Below are positions 50,501-64,000 of a stretch of DNA of 64,000 bases, in pieces. This DNA comes from Azolla caroliniana. Taxonomy: Eukaryota; Plantae; Polypodiophyta. The stretch spans positions 124,001 through 188,000 of the forward strand of contig JBHGNT010000039.1 in the NCBI GenBank assembly GCA_043228905.1, in the 5' to 3' direction. A program made the translations under genes and the position numbers. A model generated the notes under the pieces. That model was given only the letters and a program-made list of their open reading frames with translations. It had not been told where the DNA came from and searched no databases. Positions within the stretch are counted from its first letter, which is position 1. Every line of letters starts with the position of its first letter.

Positions 50501-53500
50501 TTTTTATTTCCATATCATAGCTAGCGTTGTTAGCTTCGATTCGCATGTTTGAACACAAAAATCCGATGTCACACGAGCTAGGTATGAACATTTTTATTTA
50601 CTCAAGGGCTCCTCTCAACTCCCTCGTCAAGGTTGCTAATTTCGTCATGTCTCTCGACCTTAGTTTCAAAATCTTGATTTTTTTAATTCCATATCATAGC
50701 TAGCGTTGTTAGCTTCGATTCGCATGTTTGAACACAAAAATCGGATATCACACGAGCTAGGTATGAACATTTTTATTTACTCAAGGGCTCCTCTCAACTC
50801 CCTCAAATTTGGTAATTTCGTCATGTCTCTCGACCTTAGTTTCAAAATCTTGATTTTTTAATTCCTTATCATAGCTAGCGTTGTTATCTTCGATTCGCAT
50901 GTTTGAACACAAAAATCCGATATCACACGAGCCAGGTATGAACATTTTAATTCACTCACGCGCTCTTCCAACCTCACTCCTCAAATTTGCTAATTTCGTC
51001 ATGTCTCTCGACGTTAGTTTCAAAATCTTGGTTTTTTAATTCCATATCATAGCTAGCGTTGTTAGCTTCGATTCGCATGTTTGAACACAAAAATCCGATA
51101 TCACACGAGCCAGGTATGAACATTTTAATTTACTCAAGGGCTCTTCTCAACTCATTCCTCAAATTTGCTAATTTCGTCATGTCTCTCGACCTTAGTTTCA
51201 AAATCTTGATTTTTTAATTCTATATCATAGCTAGCGTTGTTAGCTTCGATTCGCATGTTTGAACACAAAAATCCGATATCACACGAGTTAGGTATCAACA
51301 TTTTTATTTACTCAAGGGTTCCTCTCAACTCCCTCGTCAAGGTTGCTAATTTCGTCATGTCTCTCGACCTTAGTTTCAAAATCTTGATTTTTTAAATCCA
51401 TATCATAGCTAGCGTTGTTGGCTTCGATTTGCATGTTTGAACACAAAAATCCGATATCACACGAGCCAGGTATGAACATTGTAATTTACCTACTAGCTCT
51501 TCTCAACTCCCTCCTCAAATTTGCTAATTTCGTCATGTCTCTCGACCTGAGTTTCAAAATCTTGATTTTTTAATTCCATATCATAGCTAGCGTTGTTGGC
51601 TTCGATTCGCATGTTTGAACACAAAAATCCGATATCACACGAGCCAGGTATGAACATTGTAATTTACCTACTAGCTCTTCTCAACTCCCTCCTCAAATTT
51701 GCTAATTTCGTCATGTCTCTCGACCTGAGTTTCAAAATCTTGATTTTTTAATTCCATATCATAGCTAGCGTTGTTAGCTTCGATTCGCATGTTTGTACAC
51801 AAATATCCGATATCACACGAGCTAGGTATGAACATTTTAATTTACTCAAGGGCTCCTCTCAACTCACTCCTCAAATTTGCTAATTTCGTCATGTCTCTCG
51901 ACGTTAGTTTCAAAATCTTGATTTTTTTAATTCCATATCATAGCTAGCGTTGTTAGCTTCGATTCGCATGTTTGAACACAAAAATCCGATATCACACGAG
52001 CTAGGTATGAACATTTTTATTTACTCAAGGGTTCCTCTCAACTCCCTCGTCAAGGTTGCTAATTTCGTCATACCTCTCGACCTGAGTTTTAAAATCTTGA
52101 TTTTTTAAATCCATATCATAGCTAGCGTTGTTGGCTTCGATTCGCATGTTTGAACACAAAAATCCAATATCACACGAGCCAGGTATGAACATTGTAATTT
52201 ACCTACTAGCTCTTCTCAACTCCCTCCTCAAATTTGGTAATTTCGTCATGTCTCTCGACCTTAGTTTCAAAATCTTGATTTTTTAATTCCATATCATAGC
52301 TAGCGTTGTTAGCTTCGATTCGCATGTTTGAACACAAAAATCCGATATCACACGAGCTAGGTATGAACATTTTTATTTACTCAAGGGCTCCTCTCAACTC
52401 CCTCGTCAAGGTTGCTAATTTCGTCATGTCTCTCGACCTGAGTTTCAAAATCTTGATTTTTTTAATTCCATATCATAGCTAGCGTTGTTAGCTTCGATTC
52501 GCATGTTTGAACACAAAAATCCGATATCACACGAGCTAGGTATGAACATTTTTATTTACTCAAGGGCTCCTCTCAACTCCCTCGTCAAGGTTGCTAATTT
52601 CGTCATGTCTCTCGACCTGAGTTTCAAAATCTTGATTTTTTAATTCCATATCATAGCTAACGTTGTTAGCTTCGATTCGCATGTTTGAACACAGAAATCC
52701 GATATCACACGAGCCAGGTATGAACATTTTAATTTACTCAAGGGCTCCTCTCAACTCCCTCCTCAAATTTTGTAATTTCGTCATGTCTCTCGACCTGGGT
52801 TTCAAAATCTTGATTTTTTAATTCCATATCATAGCTAGCGTTGTTAGCTTCGATTCGCATGTTTGAACACAAAAATCTGATATCACACTCGCTAGGTATA
52901 ACCATTTTAATTTACTCAAGGGCTCCTCTCAACTCCCTCCTCAAATTTGGTAATTTCGTCATGTCTCTCGACCTGGGTTTCAAAATCTTGATTTTTTAAT
53001 TCCATATCATAGCTAGCGTTGTTAGCTTTGAGTCGCATGTTTGAACACAAAAATCCGATATCACACGAGCCAGGTATGAACATTTTAATTTACTCAAGGG
53101 CTCCTCTCAACTCCCTCCTCAAATTTGGTAATTTCGTCATGTCTCTTGACCTGAGTTTCGAAATCTTGATTTTTTAATTCCATATCATAGCTAGCGTCGT
53201 TAGCTTCGATTCGCATGTTTGTACACAAATATCCGATATCACACGAGCTAGGTATGAACATTTTAATTTACTCAAGGGCTCCTCTCAACTCACTCCTCAA
53301 ATTTGGTAATTTCGTCATGTCTCTCGACCTTAGTTTCAAAATCTTGATTTTTTAATTCCATATCATAGCTAGCGTTGTTAGCTTCGATTCGCATGTTTGA
53401 ACACAAAAATCCGATATCACACGAGCCAGGTATGAACATTTTAATTTACTCAAGGGCTCCTCTCAACTCACTCCTCAAATTTGCTAATTTCGTCATGTCT

Positions 53501-56500
53501 CTCGACCTTAGTTTCAAAATCTTGATTTTTTAATTCCATATCATAGCTAGCGTTGTTAGCTTCGATTCGCATGTTTGAACACAAAAATCCGATATCACAC
53601 GTGCTAGGTATAACCAATTTAATTTACTCAAGGGCTCCTCTCAACTCACTCCTCAAACTTGCTAATTTCGTCATGTCTCTCGACCTGAGTTTCAAAATCT
53701 TGATTTTTTAATTCCATATCATAGCTAGCGTTGTTAGCTTCGATTCGCATGTTTGAACACAAAAATCCGATATCACACGAGCTAGGTATGAACATTTTTA
53801 TTTACTCAAGGGTTCCTCTCAACTCCCTCGTCAAGGTTGCTAATTTCGTCATACCTCTCGACCGGAGTTTCAAAATCTTGATTTTTTAAATCCATATAAA
53901 AGCTAACGTTGTTAGCTTCGATTCGCATGTTTGAACACAGAAATCCGATATCACACTAGCCAGGTATGAACATTTTAATTTACTCAAGGGCTCCTCTCAA
54001 CTCCCTCCTCAAATTTTGTAATTTCGTCATGTCTCTCGACCTGGGTTTCAAAATCTTGATTTTTTAATTCCATATCATAGCTAGCGTTGTTAGCTTCGAT
54101 TCGCATGTTTGAACACAAAAATCCGATATCACACGAGCTAGGTATGAACATTTTTATTTACTCAAGGGCTCCTCTCAACTCCCTCGTCAAGGTTGCTAAT
54201 TTCGTCATGTCTCTCGACCTTAGTTTCGAAATCTTGATTTTTTTAATTCCATATCATAGCTAGCGTTGTTAGCTTCGATTCGCATGTTTGAACACAAATA
54301 TCCGATATCACACGAGCTAGGTACGAACATTTTTATTTACTCAAGGGCTCCTCTCAACTCCCTCGTCAAGGTTGCTAATTTCGTCATGTCTCTCGACCTG
54401 AGTTTCAAAATCTTGATTTTTTTAATTCCATATCATAGCTAGCGTTGTTAGCTAGGTATAACCATTTTAATTTACTCAAGGGCTCCTCTCAACTCACTCC
54501 TCAAATTTGGTAATTTCGTCATGTCTCTCGACCTTAGTTTCAAAATCTTGATTTTTTAATTCCATATCATAGCTAGCGTTGTTAGCTTCGATTCGCATGT
54601 TTGAACACAAAAATCCGATATCACACGAGCCAGGTATGAACATTTTAATTTACTCAAGGGCTCCTCTCAACTCACTCCTCAAATTTGCTAATTTCGTCAT
54701 GTCTCTCGACCTTAGTTTCAAAATCTTGATTTTTTAATTCCATATCATAGCTAGCGTTGTTAGCTTCGATTCGCATGTTTGAACACAAAAATCCGATATC
54801 ACACGTGCTAGGTATAACCAATTTAATTTACTCAAGGGCTCCTCTCAACTCACTCCTCAAACTTGCTAATTTCGTCATGTCTCTCGACCTGAGTTTCAAA
54901 ATCTTGATTTTTTAATTCCATATCATAGCTAGCGTTGTTAGCTTCGATTCGCATGTTTGAACACAAAAATCCGATATCACACGAGCTAGGTATGAACATT
55001 TTTATTTACTCAAGGGTTCCTCTCAACTCCCTCGTCAAGGTTGCTAATTTCGTCATACCTCTCGACCTGAGTTTCAAAATCTTGATTTTTTAAATCCATA
55101 TCATAGCTAGCGTTGTTGGCTTCGATTCGCATGTTTGAACACAAAAATCCAATATCACACGAGCCAGGTATGAACATTGTAATTTACCTACTAGCTCTTC
55201 TCAACTCCCTCCTCAAATTTGCTAATTTCGTCATGTCTCTCGACCTTAGTTTCAAAATCTTGATGTTTTAATTCCATATCGCATGTTTGAACACAAAAAT
55301 CCGATATCACACGAGCTAGGTATGAACATTTTTATTTACTCAAGGGCTCCTCTCCACTCCCTCGTCAAGGTTGCTAATTTCGTCATGTCTCTCGACCTGA
55401 GTTTCAAAATCTTGATTTTTTAATTCCATATCATAGCTAACGTTGTTAGCTTCGATTCGCATGTTTGAACACAGAAATCCGATATCACACGAGCCAGGTA
55501 TGAACATTTTAATTTACTCAAGGGCTCCTCTCAACTCCCTCCTCAAATTTTGTAATTTCGTCATGTCTCTCGACCTGGGTTTCAAAATCTTGATTTTTTA
55601 ATTCCATATCATAGCTAGCGTTGTTAGCTTCGATTCGCATGTTTGAACACAAAAATCTGATATCACACTCGCTAGGTATAACCATTTTAATTTACTCAAG
55701 GGCTCCTCTCAACTCACTCCTCAAATTTGGTAATTTCGTCATGTCTCTCGACCTTAGTTTCAAAATCTTGATTTTTTAATTCCATATCATAGCTAGCGTT
55801 GTTAGCTTCGATTCGCATGTTTGAACACAAAAATCCGATATCACACGAGCCAGGTATGAACCAATTTAATTTACTCAAGGGCTCCTCTCAACTCCCTCCT
55901 CAAATTTGCTAATTTCGTCATGTCTCTCGACCTTAGTTTCAAAATCTTGATTTTTTAATTCCATATCATAGCTAGCGTTGTTAGCTTCGATTCGCATGTT
56001 TGAACACAAAAATCCGATATCACACGAGCCAGGTATGAACAGTGTAATTTACTCAAGGGCTCTTCTCAACTCACTCCTCAAATTTGCTAATTTCGTCATG
56101 TCTCTCGACGTTAGTTTCAAAATCTTGATTTTTTAATTCCATATCATAGCTAGCGTTGTTAGCTTCGATTCGCATGTTTGAACACAAAAATCCGATATCA
56201 CACGAGCCAGGTATGAACATTTTAATTTACTCAAGGGCTCCTCTCAACTCACTCCTCAAATTTGCTAATTTCGTCATGTCTCTCGACCTTAGTTTCAAAA
56301 TCTTGATTTTTTAATTCCATATCATAGCTAGCGTTGTTAGCTTCGATTCGCATGTTTGAACACAAAAATCCGATATCACACGAGCTAGGTATGAACATTT
56401 TTATTTACTCAAGGGCTCCTCTCAACTCCCTCGTCAAGGTTGCTAATTTCGTCATGTCTCTCGACCTGAGTTTCAAAATCTTGATTTTTTAATTCCATAT

Positions 56501-59500
56501 CATAGCTAGCGTTGTTAGCTTCGATTCGCATGTTTGAACACAAAAATCCGATATCACACGTGCTAGGTATAACCAATTTAATTTACTCAAGGGCTCCTCT
56601 CAACTCCCTCGTCAAGGTTGCTAATTTCGTCATGTCTCTCGACCTTAGTTTCAAAATCTTGATTTTTTAATTCCATATCATAGCTAGCGTTGTTGGCTTC
56701 GATTCGCATGTTTGAACACAAAAATCCGATATCACACGAGCCAGGTATGAACATTGTAATTTACCTACTAGCTCTTCTCAACTCCCTCCTCAAATTTGCT
56801 AATTTCGTCATGTCTCTCGACCTTAGTTTCAAAATCTTGATGTTTTAATTCCATATCATAGCTAGCGTTGTTAGCTTCGATTCGCATGTTTGAACACAAA
56901 AATCCGATATCACACGTGCTAGGTATAACCAATTTAATTTACTCAAGGGCTCCTCTCAACTCACTCCTCAAATTTGCTAATTTCGTCATGTCTCTCGACC
57001 TTAGTTTCAAAATCTTGATTTTTTAATTCCATATCATAGCTAGCGTTGTTAGCTTCGATTCGCATGTTTGGACACAAAAATCCGATATCACACGAGCCAG
57101 GTATGAACCAATTTAATTTACTCAAGGGCTCCTCTCAACTCCCTCCTCAAATTTGGTAATTTCGTCATGTCTCTCGACCTTAGTTTCAAAATCTTGATTT
57201 TTTAATTCCATATCATAGCTAGCGTTGTTAGCTTCGATTCGCATGTTTGAACACAAAAATCCGATATCACACGAGCTAGGTATGAACATTTTTATTTACT
57301 CAAGGGCTCCTCTCAACTCCCTCGTCAAGGTTGCTAATTTCGTCATGTCTCTCGACCTTAGTTTCAAAATCTTGATTTTTTTAATTCCATGTCATAGCTA
57401 GCGTTGTTAGCTTCGATTCGTATGTTTGAACACAAAAATCTGATATCACACGAGCTAGGTATGAACATTTTAATTTACTCAAGGGCTCCTCTCAACTCCC
57501 TCCTCAAATTTGGTAATTTCGTCATGTCTCTCGACCTTAGTTTCAAAATCTTGATTTTTTAATTCCGTATCATAGCTAGCGTTGTTAGCTTCGATTCACA
57601 TGTTTGAACACAAAAATCCGATATCACACGAGCTAGGTATGAACATTTTTATTTACTCAAGGGCTCCTCTCAACTCCCTCGTCAAGGTTGCTAATTTCGT
57701 CATGTCTCTCGACCTTAGTTTCAAAATCTTGATTTTTTTAATTCCATATCATAGCTAGCGTTGTTAGCTTCGATTCGCATGTTTGAACACAAAAATCCGA
57801 TATCACACGAGCTAGGTATGAACATTTTTATTTACTCAAGGGCTCCTCTCAACTCCCTCGTCAAGGTTGCTAATTTCGTCATGTCTCTCGACCTGAGTTT
57901 CAAAATCTTGATTTTTTAAATCCATATCATAGCTAGCGTTGTTAGCTTCGATTCACATGTTTGAACACAAAAATCCGATATCACACGAGCTAGGTATGAA
58001 CATTTTTATTTACTCAAGGGCTCCTCTCAACTCCCTCGTCAAGGTTGCTAATTTCGTCATGTCTCTCGACCTTACTTTCAAAATCTTGATTTTTTTAATT
58101 CCATATCATAGCTAGCGTTGTTAGCTTCGATTCGCATGTTTGAACACAAAAATCCGATATCACACGAGCTAGGTATGAACATTTTTATTTACTCAAGGGC
58201 TCCTCTCCACTCCCTCGTCAAGGTTGCTAATTTCGTCATGTCTCTCGACCTGAGTTTCAAAATCTTGATTTTTTAATTCCATATCATAGCTAACGTTGTT
58301 AGCTTCGATTCGCATGTTTGAACACAGAAATCCGATATCACACGAGCCAGGTATGAACATTTTAATTTACTCAAGGGCTCCTCTCAACTCCCTCCTCAAA
58401 TTTTGTAATTTCGTCATGTCTCTCGACCTGGGTTTCAAAATCTTGATTTTTTAATTCCATATCATAGCTAGCGTTGTTAGCTTCGATTCGCATGTTTGAA
58501 CACAAAAATCTGATATCACACTCGCTAGGTATAACCATTTTAATTTACTCAAGGGCTCCTCTCAACTCACTCCTCAAATTTGGTAATTTCGTCATGTCTC
58601 TCGACCTTAGTTTCAAAATCTTGATTTTTTAATTCCATATCATAGCTAGCGTTGTTAGCTTCGATTCGCATGTTTGAACACAAAAATCCGATATCACACG
58701 AGCCAGGTATGAACCAATTTAATTTACTCAAGGGCTCCTCTCAACTCCCTCCTCAAATTTGCTAATTTCGTCATGTCTCTCGACCTTAGTTTCAAAATCT
58801 TGATTTTTTAATTCCATATCATAGCTAGCGTTGTTAGCTTCGATTCGCATGTTTGAACACAAAAATCCGATATCACACGAGCCAGGTATGAACAGTGTAA
58901 TTTACTCAAGGGCTCTTCTCAACTCACTCCTCAAATTTGCTAATTTCGTCATGTCTCTCGACGTTAGTTTCAAAATCTTGATTTTTTAATTCCATATCAT
59001 AGCTAGCGTTGTTAGCTTCGATTCGCATGTTTGAACACAAAAATCCGATATCACACGAGCCAGGTATGAACATTTTAATTTACTCAAGGGCTCCTCTCAA
59101 CTCACTCCTCAAATTTGCTAATTTCGTCATGTCTCTCGACCTTAGTTTCAAAATCTTGATTTTTTAATTCCATATCATAGCTAGCGTTGTTAGCTTCGAT
59201 TCGCATGTTTGAACACAAAAATCCGATATCACACGAGCTAGGTATGAACATTTTTATTTACTCAAGGGCTCCTCTCAACTCCCTCGTCAAGGTTGCTAAT
59301 TTCGTCATGTCTCTCGAGCTGAGTTTCAAAATCTTGATTTTTTAATTCCATATCATAGCTAGCGTTGTTAGCTTCGATTCGCATGTTTGAACACAAAAAT
59401 CCGATATCACACGTGCTAGGTATAACCAATTTAATTTACTCAAGGGCTCCTCTCAACTCACTCCTCAAACTTGCTAATTTCTTCATGTCTCTCGACCTGA

Positions 59501-62500
59501 GTTTCAAAATCTTGATTTTTTAATTCCATATCATAGCTAGCGTTGTTAGCTTCGATTCGCATGTTTGAACACAAAAATCCGATATCACACGAGCTAGGTA
59601 TGAACATTTTAATTTACTCAAGGGCTCCTCTTAAGTCCCTCCTCAAATTTTGTAATTTCGTCATGTCTCTCGACCTTAGTTTCAAAATCTTGATTTTTTA
59701 ATTCCATATCATAGCTAGCGTTGTTAGCTTCGATTCGCATGTTTGAACACAAAAATCCGATATCACACGAGCTAGGTATGAACATTTTAATTTACTCAAG
59801 GGCTCCTCTCAACTCCCTCCTCAAATTTTGTAATTTCGTCATGTCTCTCGACCTGGGTTTCAAAATCTTGATTTTTTAATTCCATATCATAGCTAGCGTT
59901 GTTGGCTTCGATTCGCATGTTTGAACACAAAAATCCGATATCACACGAGCCAGGTATGAACATTGTAATTTACCTACTAGCTCTTCTCAACTCCCTCCTC
60001 AAATTTGCTAATTTCGTCATGTCTCTCGACCTTAGTTTCAAAATCTTGATGTTTTAATTCCATATCATAGCTAGCGTTGTTAGCTTCGATTCGCATGTTT
60101 GAACACAAAAATCCGATATCACACGTGCTAGGTATAACCAATTTAATTTACTCAAGGGCTCCTCTCAACTCACTCCTCAAATTTGCTAATTTCGTCATGT
60201 CTCTCGACCTTAGTTTCAAAATCTTGATTTTTTAATTCCATATCATAGCTAGCGTTGTTAGCTTCGATTCGCATGTTTGGACACAAAAATCCGATATCAC
60301 ACGAGCCAGGTATGAACCAATTTAATTTACTCAAGGGCTCCTCTCAACTCCCTCCTCAAATTTGGTAATTTCGTCATGTCTCTCGACCTTAGTTTCAAAA
60401 TCTTGATTTTTTAATTCCATATCATAGCTAGCGTTGTTAGCTTCGATTCGCATGTTTGAACACAAAAATCCGATATCACACGAGCTAGGTATGAACATTT
60501 TTATTTACTCAAGGGCTCCTCTCAACTCCCTCGTCAAGGTTGCTAATTTCGTCATGTCTCTCGACCTTAGTTTCAAAATCTTGATTTTTTTAATTCCATG
60601 TCATAGCTAGCGTTGTTAGCTTCGATTCGTATGTTTGAACACAAAAATCTGATATCACACGAGCTAGGTATGAACATTTTAATTTACTCAAGGGCTCCTC
60701 TCAACTCCCTCCTCAAATTTGGTAATTTCGTCATGTCTCTCGACCTTAGTTTCAAAATCTTGATTTTTTAATTCCGTATCATAGCTAGCGTTGTTAGCTT
60801 CGATTCACATGTTTGAACACAAAAATCCGATATCACACGAGCTAGGTATGAACATTTTTATTTACTCAAGGGCTCCTCTCAACTCCCTCGTCAAGGTTGC
60901 TAATTTCGTCATGTCTCTCGACCTTAGTTTCAAAATCTTGATTTTTTTAATTCCATATCATAGCTAGCGTTGTTAGCTTCGATTCGCATGTTTGAACACA
61001 AAAATCCGATATCACACGAGCTAGGTATGAACATTTTTATTTACTCAAGGGCTCCTCTCAACTCCCTCGTCAAGGTTGCTAATTTCGTCATGTCTCTCGA
61101 CCTGAGTTTCAAAATCTTGATTTTTTAAATCCATATCATAGCTAGCGTTGTTAGCTTCGATTCACATGTTTGAACACAAAAATCCGATATCACACGAGCT
61201 AGGTATGAACATTTTTATTTACTCAAGGGCTCCTCTCAACTCCCTCGTCAAGGTTGCTAATTTCGTCATGTCTCTCGACCTTACTTTCAAAATCTTGATT
61301 TTTTTAATTCCATATCATAGCTAGCGTTGTTAGCTTCGATTCGCATGTTTGAACACAAAAATCCGATATCACACGAGCTAGGTATGAACATTTTTATTTA
61401 CTCAAGGGCTCCTCTCCACTCCCTCGTCAAGGTTGCTAATTTCGTCATGTCTCTCGACCTGAGTTTCAAAATCTTGATTTTTTAATTCCATATCATAGCT
61501 AACGTTGTTAGCTTCGATTCGCATGTTTGAACACAGAAATCCGATATCACACGAGCCAGGTATGAACATTTTAATTTACTCAAGGGCTCCTCTCAACTCC
61601 CTCCTCAAATTTTGTAATTTCGTCATGTCTCTCGACCTGGGTTTCAAAATCTTGATTTTTTAATTCCATATCATAGCTAGCGTTGTTAGCTTCGATTCGC
61701 ATGTTTGAACACAAAAATCTGATATCACACTCGCTAGGTATAACCATTTTAATTTACTCAAGGGCTCCTCTCAACTCACTCCTCAAATTTGGTAATTTCG
61801 TCATGTCTCTCGACCTTAGTTTCAAAATCTTGATTTTTTAATTCCATATCATAGCTAGCGTTGTTAGCTTCGATTCGCATGTTTGAACACAAAAATCCGA
61901 TATCACACGAGCCAGGTATGAACCAATTTAATTTACTCAAGGGCTCCTCTCAACTCCCTCCTCAAATTTGCTAATTTCGTCATGTCTCTCGACCTTAGTT
62001 TCAAAATCTTGATTTTTTAATTCCATATCATAGCTAGCGTTGTTAGCTTCGATTCGCATGTTTGAACACAAAAATCCGATATCACACGAGCCAGGTATGA
62101 ACAGTGTAATTTACTCAAGGGCTCTTCTCAACTCACTCCTCAAATTTGCTAATTTCGTCATGTCTCTCGACGTTAGTTTCAAAATCTTGATTTTTTAATT
62201 CCATATCATAGCTAGCGTTGTTAGCTTCGATTCGCATGTTTGAACACAAAAATCCGATATCACACGAGCCAGGTATGAACATTTTAATTTACTCAAGGGC
62301 TCCTCTCAACTCACTCCTCAAATTTGCTAATTTCGTCATGTCTCTCGACCTTAGTTTCAAAATCTTGATTTTTTAATTCCATATCATAGCTAGCGTTGTT
62401 AGCTTCGATTCGCATGTTTGAACACAAAAATCCGATATCACACGAGCTAGGTATGAACATTTTTATTTACTCAAGGGCTCCTCTCAACTCCCTCGTCAAG

Positions 62501-64000
62501 GTTGCTAATTTCGTCATGTCTCTCGACCTGAGTTTCAAAATCTTGATTTTTTAATTCCATATCATAGCTAGCGTTGTTAGCTTCGATTCGCATGTTTGAA
62601 CACAAAAATCCGATATCACACGTGCTAGGTATAACCAATTTAATTTACTCAAGGGCTCCTCTCAACTCACTCCTCAAACTTGCTAATTTCTTCATGTCTC
62701 TCGACCTGAGTTTCAAAATCTTGATTTTTTAATTCCATATCATAGCTAGCGTTGTTAGCTTCGATTCGCATGTTTGAACACAAAAATCCGATATCACACG
62801 AGCTAGGTATGAACATTTTAATTTACTCAAGGGCTCCTCTTAAGTCCCTCCTCAAATTTTGTAATTTCGTCATGTCTCTCGACCTTAGTTTCAAAATCTT
62901 GATTTTTTAATTCCATATCATAGCTAGCGTTGTTAGCTTCGATTCGCATGTTTGAACACAAAAATCCGATATCACACGAGCTAGGTATGAACATTTTAAT
63001 TTACTCAAGGGCTCCTCTCAACTCCCTCCTCAAATTTTGTAATTTCGTCATGTCTCTCGACCTGGGTTTCAAAATCTTGATTTTTTAATTCCATATCATA
63101 GCTAGCGTTGTTAGCTTCGATTCGAATGTTTGAACACAAAAATCCGATATCACACGAGTTAGGTATCAACATTTTTATTTACTCAAGGGTTCCTCTCAAC
63201 TCCCTCGTCAAGGTTGCTAATTTCGTCATATCTCTCGACCTGAGTTTCAAAATCTTGATTTTTTAAATCCATATCATAGCTAGCGTTGTTGGCTTCGATT
63301 CGCATGTTTGTACACAAATATCCGATATCACACGAGCTAGGTATGAACATTTTAATTTACTCAAGGGCTCCTCTCAACTCACTCCTCAAATTTGCTAATT
63401 TCGTCATGTCTCTCGACGTTAGTTTCAAAATCTTGATTTTTTAATTCCATATCATAGCTAGCGTTGTTAGCTTCGATTCGCATGTTTGAACACAAAAATC
63501 CGATATCACACGAGCCAGGTATGAACATTTTAATTTACTCAAGGGCTCCTCTCAACTCCCTCCTCAAATTTGGTAATTTCGTCATGTCTCTTGACCTGAG
63601 TTTCAAAATCTTGATTTTTTAAATCCATATCATAGCTAGCGTTGTTGGCTTCGATTCGCATGTTTGTACACAAATATCCGATATCACACGAGCTAGGTAT
63701 GAACATTTTAATTTACTCAAGGGCTCCTCTCAACTCACTCCTCAAATTTGCTAATTTCGTCATGTCTCTCGACGTTAGTTTCAAAATCTTGATTTTTTAA
63801 TTCCATATCATAGCTAGCGTTGTTAGCTTCGATTCGCATGTTTGAACATAAAAATCCGATATCACACGAGCCAGGTATGAACATTTTAATTTACTCAAGG
63901 GCTCCTCTCAACTCCCTCCTCAAATTTGGTAATTTCATCATGTCTCTTGACCTGAGTTTCAAAATCTTGATTTTTTAATTCCATATCATAGCTAGCGTTG
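20559..64000. repeat. 178-bp satellite tandem array, right block (~244 monomers), same orientation as left block
   Basis: Resumes directly after the LTR end with ACGTTATTTTCAAAATCTTG and continues to the window end. Monomers are 178-179 bp, with a few deleted monomers. Confidence 0.98.
56700..63100. repeat. Higher-order repeat: tandem duplication of an 18-mer (3209 bp); boundaries approximate
   Basis: Markers recur at +3209: GTCATAG 57391/60600, CTTACT 58071/61280, TTAAGT 59631/62840. Confidence 0.88.

Noticed and set aside
50795-50810. 3-bp deletion (CTCCCTCAAA instead of CTCCCTCCTCAAA) and scattered T6/T7 length variants
   Set aside because: Ordinary slippage or possible sequencing error; not informative alone.
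1-64000. CRISPR array (conserved block alternating with a variable block)
   Set aside because: The variable parts are homologous variants of one sequence, not unique spacers. The period is 178 bp, there are no cas genes, and the context is eukaryotic.

Overview
About 86% of this window is a head-to-tail, single-orientation tandem array of a 178-bp AT-rich satellite (roughly 310 monomers at 1-11876 and 20559-64000). It has centromere-like organisation and layered higher-order repeats of 4, 16, 18 and 20 monomers. The array is interrupted at 11883-20558 by a Ty3/Gypsy LTR retrotransposon locus arranged as [5'-truncated integrase fragment]-LTR-gag/pro-pol-LTR. The two 901-bp LTRs (TGTCGT...ACGACA) appear identical. 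The element has an 18-nt PBS matching plant tRNA-Trp, a PPT, and intact ORFs. ORF1 (Gag-zinc knuckle-protease) and ORF2 (RT-RNaseH-integrase, no chromodomain, acidic tail) are linked by a predicted -1 ribosomal frameshift signal: a G_GAU_UUU slippery site followed by an H-type pseudoknot, placed after the protease. The locus looks like a truncated tandem dimer (unit 6568 bp) whose left end was created by a repair-type junction, and it separates two satellite sub-families. The host is inferred to be a land plant, possibly a bryophyte-grade lineage; this is unverified. No cellular genes, RNA genes or CRISPR arrays are supported. All alignments and offsets were done by eye.
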